From sequence record SRR20825006_934: a DNA stretch of 32,217 nt; one strand, written 5' to 3'. The notes under the pieces are model-generated. The model was not told the DNA's origin and did no database searches. It was given only the letters and a program-made list of their open reading frames with translations. A program made the position numbers and the translations under genes. Positions 10,247 to 20,497 of this stretch are shown here, one piece after another (the stretch's first letter is position 1; each line of letters opens with the position of its first letter).

Positions 10247-11494
10247 GTGATAGCACGGGGATTTGAGTGGTCTGTAGCCATGCGGTATATGCTGGCCAGA
10301 AAACGAGACCGGGTGATCTCTGTAACCGCTGTGCTTTCTGTAACAGCTATCGCGCTAGGCGTGACAGCGCTCATCGTTGTGATGGCTGTTATGAATGGCT
10401 TCCGCGCTGAGTTGATGGATAAAATCCTTGGTTATCATGGTCATATCCTGATTCAAGGGTATGGCGGCAAGCTTTCCGGCTATGAGCAGATTATTGATGA
10501 TCTGAAGGACACGAAGGGCGTTACCAAAATAATGCCCTTCAGTGAAAATCAGGTCATGGTCACTAATGAAGGTGAAGCTTGGGGTGCAATCGTACGAGGT
10601 TTGCCGAACGACTTCTTCAGCGTGGAAAAACTTGGCCTTGTGGGCGTGAAGGCTGGGAAGTTGGGCAATGTAGTGGAAGCAAACGGCCTTGTCCTGGGAT
10701 ACCAGTTGGCCAACAAGCTACGCGTGACGGCGGGTGACAGGGTGACGATTGTGAGCCCGAAGTCAGTGCCCACACCGTTTGGTTCCACGCTACGATATTT
10801 ATCCTATCCCGTTGCAGCAGTGGTAGAAATTGGCGTTTATCAGTTTGATGAAAGCTTTATCGGCATGCCGCTTGAGGAAGCTCAACGTTTCTTTCGCCTT
10901 GAAGGAGCGGTTGCGAATATTGAACTGATGTTGACCGAGCCCGAGGCGGTAGACACTGTTGGCCCAGTGATCGCTGAGATCGTTGGTGAGCGGGCGTATG
11001 TTCGATCCTGGCGGTCGCTAAACCAAAGTCTGGTTGGTGCGCTTCAGACCGAACGCGTGATGATGTTCCTTATAGTGGGGCTGATCATCCTCGTTGCGGT
11101 GTTCAATATTTCTTCCAGCCTGTTCATGCTGGTAAAAGACAAAGCCCCAGACATAGCAATTCTGCGCACCATCGGTGCTACGCAAGCGTCTATTAAGCGC
11201 ATTTTTGTGACCATCGGACTGTTTGTTGGGTCTGCTGGCATTATCTTCGGCAGCCTGCTGTCCTGGCTTATTATTGCCAATATTGAAGCAATCAAGGCCT
11301 TTATCGAACGCGCTTTTGGTCTGAATATGTGGGACCCGTCCGTGAGGTTTATCACCAACCTTCGGGCCGAGGTGAATTTAACTGAAGCAGGGCTTACTGT
11401 CGGACTCGCACTTCTACTGTCCTTTATCGCCACGATTATTCCAGCCCGCCGTGCCGCCAAAATCGATCCTGTGGAGGTACTGCGTTATGAGTAA
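10247..11494 (+). CDS. lolE: Lipoprotein-releasing ABC transporter permease LolE/LolC (single LolF-type subunit)
   Basis: GIALGV-like AIALGVTALIVVMAVMNGF, DIAILRTIGA, PARRAAKIDPVEVLRYE; AAGGAGG RBS, GTG start. Confidence 0.93.
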   Translation: MIARGFEWSVAMRYMLARKRDRVISVTAVLSVTAIALGVTALIVVMAVMNGFRAELMDKILGYHGHILIQGYGGKLSGYEQIIDDLKDTKGVTKIMPFSENQVMVTNEGEAWGAIVRGLPNDFFSVEKLGLVGVKAGKLGNVVEANGLVLGYQLANKLRVTAGDRVTIVSPKSVPTPFGSTLRYLSYPVAAVVEIGVYQFDESFIGMPLEEAQRFFRLEGAVANIELMLTEPEAVDTVGPVIAEIVGERAYVRSWRSLNQSLVGALQTERVMMFLIVGLIILVAVFNISSSLFMLVKDKAPDIAILRTIGATQASIKRIFVTIGLFVGSAGIIFGSLLSWLIIANIEAIKAFIERAFGLNMWDPSVRFITNLRAEVNLTEAGLTVGLALLLSFIATIIPARRAAKIDPVEVLRYE

Positions 11495-12167
11495 TCCAGT
11501 GCTAAAGCTTGCAGGTATCGAGAAATCATTCCGGCAGGGCCATAAGGTTGTCGAAGTCCTAAAGGGCATTGACCTTACCATCAAGGCTGGAGAATTGGTT
11601 GGGCTGGTTGGGGCTTCAGGCTCAGGCAAGTCTACATTGCTGCAGATATCTGGCTTGCTGGACCCAACAGATGCGGGAACAGTTTATATTGGCGGCAATG
11701 ATGCAACGAGCCTGAAGGATGACGCGCGCTCGGGCCTTCGGCAGAGCCAGCTTGGCTTTGTGTATCAGTTCCATCACTTGCTTCCTGATTTCACGGCTGT
11801 TGAGAACGTGGCTATGGCACTCAGAATTGGTGGCGTCGCGGAAAAAGCAGCAAATGAACGCGCGCAGGAAATATTGGTGCGCGTTGGGCTCGAGGAGCGC
11901 CTTGAGCACACGCCAAGTGAGCTTTCAGGTGGTGAGCAGCAGCGAGTAGCGATTGCTCGAGCGCTTGTCGGAAATCCGATGCTGTTGCTGGCTGACGAGC
12001 CTACGGGAAATCTGGATGAAAGCACCGCAGGGCGCGTATTTGATCTGTTCGTCGAGCTTGTCCGGGAGCGTGGCCTTTCGGCGCTCATCGCAACCCATGA
12101 TACCACCCTGGCCGCCAAAATGGACTGGCGCATGACCCTACGGGAAGGGACCCTCCACGATACTTGA
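11487..12167 (+). CDS. lolD: Lipoprotein-releasing ABC transporter ATP-binding protein
   Basis: Walker A GASGSGKS, GFVYQFHHLLPDF, LSGGEQQRVAIARAL, LADEPTGNLD; start set at ATG 11487, overlapping the lolE end. Confidence 0.95.
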   Translation: MSNPVLKLAGIEKSFRQGHKVVEVLKGIDLTIKAGELVGLVGASGSGKSTLLQISGLLDPTDAGTVYIGGNDATSLKDDARSGLRQSQLGFVYQFHHLLPDFTAVENVAMALRIGGVAEKAANERAQEILVRVGLEERLEHTPSELSGGEQQRVAIARALVGNPMLLLADEPTGNLDESTAGRVFDLFVELVRERGLSALIATHDTTLAAKMDWRMTLREGTLHDT

Positions 12168-12219
12168 GTATGACGCTCAGTCGGGGTAGTCTGAAGAGTA
12201 TTTCCTAGGGGAGGGACTT

Positions 12220-12645
12220 ATGGAAAATCTTTCAGATATCAATTGGATCGCAGTGTTGCTTGGCGGTGTCATCTACATGGCTATTGGCAGTGTTTGGTAT
12301 GGTCCGATAGCAGGTAAAGCCTGGATGGCAGAGATGGGCTTGACGGCGGAGGAGCTCAAACAAGCGTCCAACAATCCAATGAAAGCAATGTTGATGAGCT
12401 TTGTGGCCTCTCTGTTCATGAGCTTCGGTTTGGCGTTTGTGCTATCTATGCCCGGTTTTGCCGGCGGCGGCTGGATGGGCGGCTTAAAGGTTGGGCTCAT
12501 CTTGTCTGTGCTGATTATCGGCGGCAGCACATTTGCGAACTATGCCTTTGAAAGCAAATCTATCCGCCATTTCCTGATCCATATGGGAAATATCACGCTC
12601 AGCATGATGGCGATTGGCGCTATGATGGGCGCCTGGGGCACCTAA
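12220..12645 (+). CDS. DUF1761-family integral membrane protein (about 4 TM helices)
   Basis: INWIAVLL...IGSVWYGP...GKAWM N-terminal signature; strong GGGGAGGG RBS. Confidence 0.75.
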   Translation: MENLSDINWIAVLLGGVIYMAIGSVWYGPIAGKAWMAEMGLTAEELKQASNNPMKAMLMSFVASLFMSFGLAFVLSMPGFAGGGWMGGLKVGLILSVLIIGGSTFANYAFESKSIRHFLIHMGNITLSMMAIGAMMGAWGT

Positions 12646-12671
12646 AACCACCTGTTTGGAGTTAATGGCAC

Positions 12672-15600
12672 ATGAGCCACGCTGATTTCGTGCATCTTCG
12701 CGTGCACACTGCTTATTCGCTTTCTGAAGGAGCCATACACGTCAAGGACCTCGTAAAGCAGTGTGTTGGGCATAAGATGCCAGCCGTTGCGATGACGGAT
12801 ACTGACAACATGTTTGCGGCGCTCGAATTTTCGAGCTATGCGACAGAAGCTGGTGTGCAGGCGATCATTGGCGTGACGCTTCATGTGCGAAATCCCTATA
12901 AGGACCATCAGGCAAAAGGAAAGCGCGCGGCGAAACCTGACCAGTTGGTGCTTCTGGCGCAATCTGACGCTGGTTATCGCAACTTGATGAAGATTGTTTC
13001 CAAGGCTCACTTGGAAAGTGATGTTCAGGAAGGGGTGCAGTTTCCATTTTCAGCCTTTGAGGGCCTGACCGAAGGGGTAATTTGCCTGACAGCTGGTATT
13101 ACGGGCCCGGTGGGGGCTCTTCTTCTGGAAGGCAATAGGGACGATGCTGAAAAGTGTCTTCTTGATTTGAAAGCGCTGTTTGCTGATCGGCTTTATGTCG
13201 AGATTGCACGCCACGGCTTGAAAGAGGAAGAGGCCACAGAAGAAGACTTCTTGGATTTCGCCTACACCCACAGCCTGCCAATCGTTGCGACTAATCAGCC
13301 CTTCTTTGTAGGGCCGGATATGTATGAGCCCCACGATGCGTTGCTCTGCATGGCGGAAAGTACGTATGTGGCGGTGCAGGACCGACGGAAACTGAACCCT
13401 GAGTTCAGGTTCAAAAGCGCGGAAGAGATGATAAATCTCTTTAATGACATTCCTGAAGCTATTGAAAATACAATAAATATATCAATTAGGTGCGCCTATA
13501 AAGTCGACAAGATTGATCCTCTGTTACCGAACTTCACCAGCGGCATGGACGTCTCTGAGGCAGACATGCTTCGCGACGAGTCTATTAAAGGCCTACGCGA
13601 GAGGCTGGACTTCAAGGCTAGGGAGGAGGGCCTTGTCGCAGGTCAGGATGAAGAGTGGGAAAAGGAGTACTGGGATCGGCTTGATTATGAGTTAGGGATC
13701 ATTAACCAGATGGGCTTTCCCGGCTACTTCCTGATCGTTGCCGATTTTATCCAGTGGGCCAAGGATAACGATATCCCTGTGGGGCCGGGGCGGGGTTCTG
13801 GCGCGGGTTCTGTTGTGGCCTGGGTTCTGAAGATCACAGACCTCGATCCTTTGCGTTTCTCGCTGCTCTTTGAACGCTTCCTGAACCCAGAGCGTGTGTC
13901 CATGCCTGACTTTGACGTTGACTTTTGCCAGGACAAGCGGGAACAGGTGATCCGCTACGTGCAGGATAAATACGGTTACGACCGGGTGGCACAGATTATT
14001 ACCTTTGGAAAGCTGCAAGCCCGTGCGGTTGTCAAAGCCTGTGGGCGCGTGATGCAGCAACCACACGGCCAGACCGACCGCCTATCCAAAATGATCCCGA
14101 ACGACCCAGGCAATGCCATGACGCTCCGCGAAGCAATCGACAGCGAACCCAGGCTGCAGAGCGAGATCAATAGCGATGAACTGACCCGCAGAGTGATGGA
14201 GCGAGCGCTGAAGCTTGAGGGTTTCTACGCGCATTCCTCTACCCATGCTGCGGGCGTTGTAATTGGCGATAGACCACTCGACCAGTTGGTGCCGCTTTAC
14301 CGGGACCCAAAATCTGACATGCCGGTTACCCAGTTCAATATGAAATGGGTGGAGCTTGCGGGGCTGGTGAAGTTTGACTTTCTTGGCCTCAAAACGCTGA
14401 CGGTTCTCGACCGTGCTGTGGACTATATCAGGGAGCGCGGCATTGAAATCGACCTCCCAGCAGTGCCGCTGGACGATGGCCCATCATACAAACTGTTGGC
14501 AGCCGGTGATGCAGCGGGTGTGTTCCAGCTTGAGAGTACGGGCATGCGCTCGGTCCTGAAGGGCCTGCGTCCAGATAAATTTGAAGACATTATCGCTATC
14601 GTGGCGCTCTATCGCCCCGGCCCGATGGACAACATCCCGACATACGTGAACCGAAAACACGGCCGGGAGAAGGTGGAATATCCGCATCCAATTCTGGAAG
14701 AAATACTGTCTGAAACTTACGGCGTGATCATCTATCAGGAACAAGTGATGCAGATCGCGCAGGTTATGTCTGGCTACAGTTTGGGGGAAGCCGACATCCT
14801 GCGTCGCGCGATGGGTAAAAAAATTCAGGCGGAGATGGATAAACAGCGCGGCCGTTTTTGTGATGGCGCCGTTGAACGCGGCATCGACGCAGAGAAAGCC
14901 AGCTATATCTTTGATCTGGTTACTAAATTTGCGAGCTATGGATTTAACAAGTCTCATGCGGCCGCATATGCACTGGTTGCCTATCATACAGCCTTTCTGA
15001 AAGCGAATTATCCTGTGGAGTTCATGGCTGCGATCATGACACTTGATATGGGGAATACCGACAAACTCGCGGCGTTCAAACAAGAATTGCAGCGCGCAGA
15101 AATTCCGCTGCTGCTTCCCAACATCAATCGTTCTGACGTGGCTTTCGTTGTTGAGAAAGTTGATGAGGCTTATTGCGAAGAAGAGGACCCCAGGTTTAAC
15201 CAGGGTGTGCGATATGCACTTGGAGCCATCAAGGGTGTTGGCGAAAAGGCCATGGAAACCATCGTTGCCGAGCGGAAAGCAAACGGTGAATTCAAGGATA
15301 TTTTTGATTTCGCAGAAAGAGTTGATCCCAGGCTTCTGAACAAACGTCAGATGGAGCGTTTGGCCGCTGCCGGTGCCTTTGACTGCTTGCTTGAAAATCG
15401 TGCGCAGGCATATGCCGCCGCAGACATTGTGATGCGCCTGGCCCAAATGCAAGCTAAGGAGCGTGAGAGTGATCAGGTAAGCCTCTTTGGTGGCGAGATG
15501 GCAAAGGCTGTTGACCGTCCCAGTTTGCCGACAGTGCGCGCCTGGACAGACACCGAGCAGCTCGAGAGCGAGAAAAATGCTGTCGGGTTTTATATATCGG

Positions 15601-16181
15601 CCCATCCGCTAGATGCCTATGAAACTATACTTGAGCGTGAGCGGATCATTCCGGCACGTGAGGTATATCACGATCCCGGCTTGGTTGGCCAAACTGTGCG
15701 AATGGCGGGTGCCATTGCTGGCTATCGTGAGGGTAACACCAAACGTGGCAGTCGGTTTGGTAGGCTTACACTGTCGGACAGGTCAGATGCTTTTGAGATT
15801 ATGGCGTTTGAGGATGACCTTGACGGTATTCGTGCGTTGGTGGAGGAGGGGGCGCCAGTTGTTGTCTCTGTCCAGATCCGGAAACGGGATGACGATGACA
15901 CGGTTGGTCTCTCTTGTCGGGGTATTGAGAGCTTGGAAACGGTAGCCTCGCAGTCAAGCAAAGGCCTGTTTATCGAAATTGAGGAAAGCAAGGCGTTTGT
16001 CCCGATCAAATCAACGCTTGACCGTAAATCGGGAGGCAAAGGCAAGGTTACGATACGCGTTCCAGTGTCTGACAGTAGCCGCTTCGCTGAATTCCGCCTA
16101 AGCGGCCGTTATAAAATTACACCGGAGCTTAAGCAGGCTGTAGCCGCAGAGATTGGTGTTCTGTCGGTGGAGGAAGTGTGA
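12672..16181 (+). CDS. dnaE: DNA polymerase III alpha subunit
   Basis: PHP domain FVHLRVHTAYSL, GPGRGSGAGS, FERFLNPERVSMPDFDVDF, THAAG, GLVKFDFLGL, YGFNKSH; 1169 aa, no intein-sized insertion. Confidence 0.98.
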   Translation: MSHADFVHLRVHTAYSLSEGAIHVKDLVKQCVGHKMPAVAMTDTDNMFAALEFSSYATEAGVQAIIGVTLHVRNPYKDHQAKGKRAAKPDQLVLLAQSDAGYRNLMKIVSKAHLESDVQEGVQFPFSAFEGLTEGVICLTAGITGPVGALLLEGNRDDAEKCLLDLKALFADRLYVEIARHGLKEEEATEEDFLDFAYTHSLPIVATNQPFFVGPDMYEPHDALLCMAESTYVAVQDRRKLNPEFRFKSAEEMINLFNDIPEAIENTINISIRCAYKVDKIDPLLPNFTSGMDVSEADMLRDESIKGLRERLDFKAREEGLVAGQDEEWEKEYWDRLDYELGIINQMGFPGYFLIVADFIQWAKDNDIPVGPGRGSGAGSVVAWVLKITDLDPLRFSLLFERFLNPERVSMPDFDVDFCQDKREQVIRYVQDKYGYDRVAQIITFGKLQARAVVKACGRVMQQPHGQTDRLSKMIPNDPGNAMTLREAIDSEPRLQSEINSDELTRRVMERALKLEGFYAHSSTHAAGVVIGDRPLDQLVPLYRDPKSDMPVTQFNMKWVELAGLVKFDFLGLKTLTVLDRAVDYIRERGIEIDLPAVPLDDGPSYKLLAAGDAAGVFQLESTGMRSVLKGLRPDKFEDIIAIVALYRPGPMDNIPTYVNRKHGREKVEYPHPILEEILSETYGVIIYQEQVMQIAQVMSGYSLGEADILRRAMGKKIQAEMDKQRGRFCDGAVERGIDAEKASYIFDLVTKFASYGFNKSHAAAYALVAYHTAFLKANYPVEFMAAIMTLDMGNTDKLAAFKQELQRAEIPLLLPNINRSDVAFVVEKVDEAYCEEEDPRFNQGVRYALGAIKGVGEKAMETIVAERKANGEFKDIFDFAERVDPRLLNKRQMERLAAAGAFDCLLENRAQAYAAADIVMRLAQMQAKERESDQVSLFGGEMAKAVDRPSLPTVRAWTDTEQLESEKNAVGFYISAHPLDAYETILERERIIPAREVYHDPGLVGQTVRMAGAIAGYREGNTKRGSRFGRLTLSDRSDAFEIMAFEDDLDGIRALVEEGAPVVVSVQIRKRDDDDTVGLSCRGIESLETVASQSSKGLFIEIEESKAFVPIKSTLDRKSGGKGKVTIRVPVSDSSRFAEFRLSGRYKITPELKQAVAAEIGVLSVEEV

Positions 16182-16954
16182 TGCCTGATAAACCCGGTAG
16201 GTATGTCAAAGCGCTTCCAGCTTCTTCCATAATGCTTGTCAGAGACGGTATGGGTGGCGTCGAGGTTCTGATGATCGAGCGCGCAAAAACCATGAAATTT
16301 GCACCGGGAGCGTTTGTTTTTCCGGGCGGGAAGGTTGACTCGGCTGACCAGCAGAATTGGCGCTGGCAAGGTATCACTACAGGACGGGGTGTCTTTCGTG
16401 ACTTCAGCTATAGGGTAGCGGCGCTCAGGGAGCTATACGAGGAAGCTGGCGTGCTACAGATCGATCGGCCGCGTCGGCAAACCTTATACGCAGGTCTGCC
16501 GTTTGCTGATCTGGTTCGCTACTCTGGCGGAAAACTTGATATCGCGAATATGGTGCCATTTGCTCACTGGGTAACGCCGGAGCCCTTGCCTCGGCGGTTT
16601 GATACCCATTTTTATCTGGCGGAGCACAATGGTCAGGTTGCGCAGCATGATGGTAACGAGGCGGTATCGCTGAGATGGGTGAGCCCAAGGAAGGTGCTGA
16701 GCGACTGGGAAGAAAACAAAGTACCGCTGATGTTCCCGACACGGCTCAACCTAATGAAGTTGGCGCGAGCTAGCACCGCGGCGGGGGCGATACAACAAGC
16801 TCGGCGTTCTCCCGTAGTGCGTACCTTGCCGGTCGTGAATATGAGCGCAGCGGGTGTTAAACTCGAGATCGAAAAGGCTGCCGGGTTCGGCGTAACTTCC
16901 GCTACAGAGAAAGAATTAGCGGTTGAAGCAGGCGCCCGCCAAAATAAGCCTTGA
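16178..16954 (+). CDS. Nudix hydrolase, NUDT19-like (possible acyl-CoA diphosphatase)
   Basis: FVFPGGKVD...AALRELYEEAG (split Nudix box), WVTP...RRFDTHFY, LMFPT; GTGA overlap with the dnaE stop. Confidence 0.85.
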   Translation: MMPDKPGRYVKALPASSIMLVRDGMGGVEVLMIERAKTMKFAPGAFVFPGGKVDSADQQNWRWQGITTGRGVFRDFSYRVAALRELYEEAGVLQIDRPRRQTLYAGLPFADLVRYSGGKLDIANMVPFAHWVTPEPLPRRFDTHFYLAEHNGQVAQHDGNEAVSLRWVSPRKVLSDWEENKVPLMFPTRLNLMKLARASTAAGAIQQARRSPVVRTLPVVNMSAAGVKLEIEKAAGFGVTSATEKELAVEAGARQNKP

Positions 16955-16979
16955 TATTCCTTGGAAACAGGCCTATACG
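16951..16979 (+). promoter_or_regulatory. sigma70 promoter of rpsB-tsf
   Basis: (C)TTGATA, 17-nt spacer, (C)TATACG, then GC-rich GCCGCG discriminator; alphaproteobacterial housekeeping pattern. Confidence 0.65.
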
Positions 16980-16987
16980 AGCCGCGA

Positions 16988-17105
16988 CTTCACACGTGGG
17001 GTAGGCTACTTACTGTGTTGGTAAGGCGCCATCCGGTGTCGAAACCCAAATTCATGGGTTGCGGCGCACACTCCACGGAGGCTTAACCGGAAAAGGAGTA
17101 GTATT
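16988..17105 (+). ncRNA. rpsB 5' leader (t44-like S2 autoregulatory cis-element)
   Basis: CACACG 5' motif; stem CGUGGGG/CUCCACG; internal hairpin AACCCA...UGGGUU; conserved GGAGGC(U)UAACC before the AAGGAG RBS. Confidence 0.7.
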
Positions 17106-17999
17106 ATGGCAATGCCGCAAGTCGATATGCGCGCGCTTCTCGAAGCAGGCGTACACTTTGGTCACCAGACCCACCGTTGGAACCCGAAAATGGCGCCGTT
17201 TATCTTCGGCGAGCGTAACGGTGTTCATATCGTAGACCTTTCACAAACAGTTCCTTACATGACACGCGCACTGCAAGCTATTCGTGACGTAGTGGCTGGT
17301 GGTGGTCGTGTTCTCTTTGTTGGTACAAAGCGTCAAGCTTCACCAATCATTGCAGAAGCTGCGAAGCGTTGTGGACAGTATTATGTAAATCACCGCTGGC
17401 TCGGCGGCATGATGACAAACTGGCAAACTATCAGCCAGTCCATCAAGCGCCTGAAGCAGTTGGATGAGCAGCTCAACCAAGAGCACACTGGTCTTACCAA
17501 GAAAGAAACTCTGCAGCTTACACGTCAGCGTGACAAGCTTGAACTTTCCCTTGGCGGTATTCAGGACATGGGCGGTCTTCCAGACATCCTCGTTATTGTT
17601 GACGTTATTGGCGATGACCTGGCGATTGCGGAAGCTAACCGTCTTGGCATTCCCGTTGTTGGCGTGATCGACACCAACTGTAAGCCTGATGGTGTTGACT
17701 ATCCGATCCCTGGTAACGATGATGCGACCCGTGCGATCCGTCTTTATTGTGATCTTGTTGCTGAAGCCGCTCTTGACGGTATTCAGGCTGAACTTACAGC
17801 ACAGGGCGTTGATCTTGGTGCCTCTGAAGCCCCGGTTGAAGAAGCCGCTGTTGCTGAAGAGCCTGCACCAGCTGAAGAAGCTGCTCCTACAGAAGAAGTT
17901 GCACCTACTAAAGAGGCAGCTACTGCCAAAGAAGCCGCGCCTGCTAAAGCTGCAAAAGCTCCTGCGAAAAAAGCAGCTAAAGCTGCAACTGCAGAGTAA
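17106..17999 (+). CDS. rpsB: 30S ribosomal protein S2 with Ala/Glu/Lys/Pro-rich C-terminal tail
   Basis: [34 protein letters not shown] motifs. Confidence 0.99.
   Translation: MAMPQVDMRALLEAGVHFGHQTHRWNPKMAPFIFGERNGVHIVDLSQTVPYMTRALQAIRDVVAGGGRVLFVGTKRQASPIIAEAAKRCGQYYVNHRWLGGMMTNWQTISQSIKRLKQLDEQLNQEHTGLTKKETLQLTRQRDKLELSLGGIQDMGGLPDILVIVDVIGDDLAIAEANRLGIPVVGVIDTNCKPDGVDYPIPGNDDATRAIRLYCDLVAEAALDGIQAELTAQGVDLGASEAPVEEAAVAEEPAPAEEAAPTEEVAPTKEAATAKEAAPAKAAKAPAKKAAKAATAE
17838..17945 (+). repeat. Imperfect 18-nt tandem repeat (6 units) encoding (E/K)E-x-A-x-x in the S2 tail
   Basis: gaagaagccgctgttgct / gaagagcctgcaccagct / gaagaagctgctcctaca / gaagaagttgcacctact / aaagaggcagctactgcc / aaagaagccgcgcctgct. 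Confidence 0.8.
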
Positions 18000-18095
18000 C
18001 ATTTCTCATTTAATGCTCTCGGTAGGCTGTGCGCGTACCGGGGGCACCATGTTATCTACACTTAGGCCTACATCTGGGCTGTAAGGGGAATACCA

Positions 18096-19022
18096 ATGGC
18101 ACAAATTACCGCCGCTCTCGTAAAAGAACTGCGCGAACAATCTGGCGCAGGCATGATGGATTGTAAAAAAGCACTGGCAGAAAATGACGGTGACTTGGAA
18201 GCCGCTGTTGATTGGCTCCGTACCAAAGGCCTTGCTGCTGCTGCGAAAAAATCTGGTCGCGTAGCTGCCGAAGGCCTCGTGGCTGTAAAAGCTGCAGGCA
18301 CAAAAGCCGCTGCGATTGAAATCAACTCAGAAACAGACTTCGTTGCACGCAATGACAAGTTCCAACAGTTTGTTGGTGATCTCGCTGGTGTTGCTCTGGA
18401 AGTTGGTACAGACGTAGAAGCTATCAAAGCTTCCACATACCCAGGCAAAACCAAGCCTGTAGGTGAAGTGCTGACCGACAATATCGCCACTATCGGTGAA
18501 AACATGAACATCCGCCGCGCGTTTGTACTTGAGGTCGAGAACGGCCTTGTTGCGACATATGTTCATAACGCTGTTACTGATGGCATGGGCAAGATCGCTG
18601 TTCTTGTTGCACTGCAGTCTGAGGCGTCTGAGGAAGTTCTCGCTAATCTCGGCAAGCAGCTGGCCATGCATGTGGCAGCCGCCAACCCAGCGTCACTTTC
18701 TGAAGCCGATCTTGACCCAGAGCTTGTAGAGCGTGAAAAACAAGTTCAGATCGAGAAAGCTAAAGAATCAGGCAAGCCAATGGAAATCATCGAAAAGATG
18801 ATCGTGGGCCGCATGCGCAAATACTATGAGGAAGTTGTTCTTCTCAATCAGGTGTTTGTAATGGACGGTGAAAGCAAGGTTTCCGACGTTATCGCGAAAG
18901 CTGCTAAAGAAGCTGGCACCTCTATTGAACTCACTGCTTATGCCCGCGTTGAGATGGGTGAGGGGCTGGAGAAGAAAGAAGACGACTTCGCCGCAGAAGT
19001 TGCCGCTGCTGCTGGCGTTTAA
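18096..19022 (+). CDS. tsf: Translation elongation factor Ts
   Basis: [42 protein letters not shown]. Confidence 0.99.
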   Translation: MAQITAALVKELREQSGAGMMDCKKALAENDGDLEAAVDWLRTKGLAAAAKKSGRVAAEGLVAVKAAGTKAAAIEINSETDFVARNDKFQQFVGDLAGVALEVGTDVEAIKASTYPGKTKPVGEVLTDNIATIGENMNIRRAFVLEVENGLVATYVHNAVTDGMGKIAVLVALQSEASEEVLANLGKQLAMHVAAANPASLSEADLDPELVEREKQVQIEKAKESGKPMEIIEKMIVGRMRKYYEEVVLLNQVFVMDGESKVSDVIAKAAKEAGTSIELTAYARVEMGEGLEKKEDDFAAEVAAAAGV

Positions 19023-19045
19023 GCCAACACAGTATGAGTGGTTGG

Positions 19046-19075
19046 AAGCCCAGGAGGTCTCTCCTGGGCTTTTTT
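19046..19075 (+). terminator. Rho-independent terminator after tsf
   Basis: AAGCCCAGGAG-GTCT-CTCCTGGGCTT followed by a T-run. Confidence 0.9.
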
Positions 19076-19205
19076 ATGAGCAAAAATAGATTTAGGTAAT
19101 TTCTGCTTAAGTCTCGGAATAAATTTAGATAAAACTACGGTAGCCATTACATGCCCAAGCGGATAAGCTGCGGCGGGCTGAATGGCGTAGGGGAGAGTTC
19201 AGGCG

Positions 19206-19931
19206 ATGTCCAGTGGGCCTAAATATAAGCGTGTATTGCTAAAATTGTCTGGTGAAGCGCTGATGGGCGGCGGTAGTTACGGCATCGACCCAGAAACCGC
19301 TGCGCGTGTTTCGCGCGAAATCAAGCAGGCGCGTGAGATCGGTACAGAGGTCTGTGTTGTCGTTGGGGGAGGAAACATTTTCCGTGGCCTCAAAGGTGCT
19401 GCCGAAGGCTTGGACCGGTCCACTGCGGACTATATGGGCATGTTGGCCACTGTAATGAATGCCCTGGCGCTTCAAAACGCGCTTGAAAAGGCTGGCGTCG
19501 ATACGAGGGTGCTGTCGGCTATCCCAATGGCAAGTGTAAGCGAGCCGTACATTCGTCGCCGTGCAATCCGCCATTTGGAAAAGGGTCGTGTAGTAATTTT
19601 TGCTGCGGGCACTGGAAATCCTTTCTTTACAACTGATACAGCTGCAGCGCTGCGGGCCGCCGAAATGAACTGCAATGCTCTCCTGAAGGGCACACAGGTT
19701 GACGGTGTTTATAACGCTGACCCCAAGAAAGATCCATCTGCTGTGCGCTACGAAAGCCTGAGCTACATGGATGTTCTGACCCAGGACCTTAAGGTTATGG
19801 ATGCATCCGCGATTTCGCTTAGCCGCGAGAATAACATTCCGATCGTTGTCTTTTCCATCCACGCCCAGAACGCGCTTGTTGACGTTCTGCAGGGAAAGGG
19901 CATCTGTACCACTGTAGGTGAGGAGCAATAA
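19206..19931 (+). CDS. pyrH: Uridylate kinase
   Basis: [43 protein letters not shown]. Confidence 0.98.
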   Translation: MSSGPKYKRVLLKLSGEALMGGGSYGIDPETAARVSREIKQAREIGTEVCVVVGGGNIFRGLKGAAEGLDRSTADYMGMLATVMNALALQNALEKAGVDTRVLSAIPMASVSEPYIRRRAIRHLEKGRVVIFAAGTGNPFFTTDTAAALRAAEMNCNALLKGTQVDGVYNADPKKDPSAVRYESLSYMDVLTQDLKVMDASAISLSRENNIPIVVFSIHAQNALVDVLQGKGICTTVGEEQ

Positions 19932-19932
19932 A

Positions 19933-20496
19933 ATGAGTGATGAAGATCTAGATTTGGGCGACATTGAGCGCCGCATGAAGGGCGCCGTTGATGCTTTGAA
20001 GCATGAGTTCGCGGGTTTGCGCTCCGGTCGTGCAACAACGAATATGCTCGACCCTGTGACGGTTGATGTTTACGGCTCAAATATGCCTTTGAATCAGGTA
20101 GGCACTGTATCTGTCCCCGAGCCGCGTATGCTGAGTGTACAGGTTTGGGACAAAGCCAATGCCTCTGCTGTTGAAAAGGCTATCCGTAATGCGGGGCTTG
20201 GACTTAACCCCATGCTCGATGGTCAATTGGTTCGTATTCCTATTCCTGAACTGAACGAAGAACGGCGGGCGGAGCTGGCAAAAGTTGCCGGTAAATATGC
20301 GGAGCAGGCTCGGATTGCAATCCGGAACGTACGTCGCGACGGTATGGATCAGTTGAAGCGCATGGAAAAAGACAAGTCTATCAGTGAAGACGATCACAAA
20401 ATGTATGCAGATGAAGTGCAGGACCTGACCAACAAGTTTGTTGGCGTGATTGATGACCAGCTGCAAAGCAAAGAAAAAGAGATCATGCAGGTTTAA
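19933..20496 (+). CDS. frr: Ribosome recycling factor
   Basis: [32 protein letters not shown]; start set at ATG 19933 (GAGGAG RBS). Confidence 0.97.
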   Translation: MSDEDLDLGDIERRMKGAVDALKHEFAGLRSGRATTNMLDPVTVDVYGSNMPLNQVGTVSVPEPRMLSVQVWDKANASAVEKAIRNAGLGLNPMLDGQLVRIPIPELNEERRAELAKVAGKYAEQARIAIRNVRRDGMDQLKRMEKDKSISEDDHKMYADEVQDLTNKFVGVIDDQLQSKEKEIMQV

Positions 20497-20497
20497 T

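Noticed and set aside
13425-13500. Locally AT-rich patch with ATA codons inside dnaE
   Set aside because: Encodes the normal conserved SAEEM...F.D.PEAIENT..I..RC segment; too short to support horizontal transfer or an internal promoter.
14484-15605. 373-aa minus-strand ORF, and similar long antisense ORFs such as 2477-3115, 17340-18002, 19239-19976 and 27541-28101
   Set aside because: Fully antisense to well-conserved housekeeping genes, with no recognisable motifs; explained by codon bias of the sense gene.
12672-16181. Possible intein or split in dnaE
   Set aside because: Normal length, contiguous motifs, no intein splice-junction or LAGLIDADG signatures; only short acidic insertions such as VDEAYCEEEDPRF.
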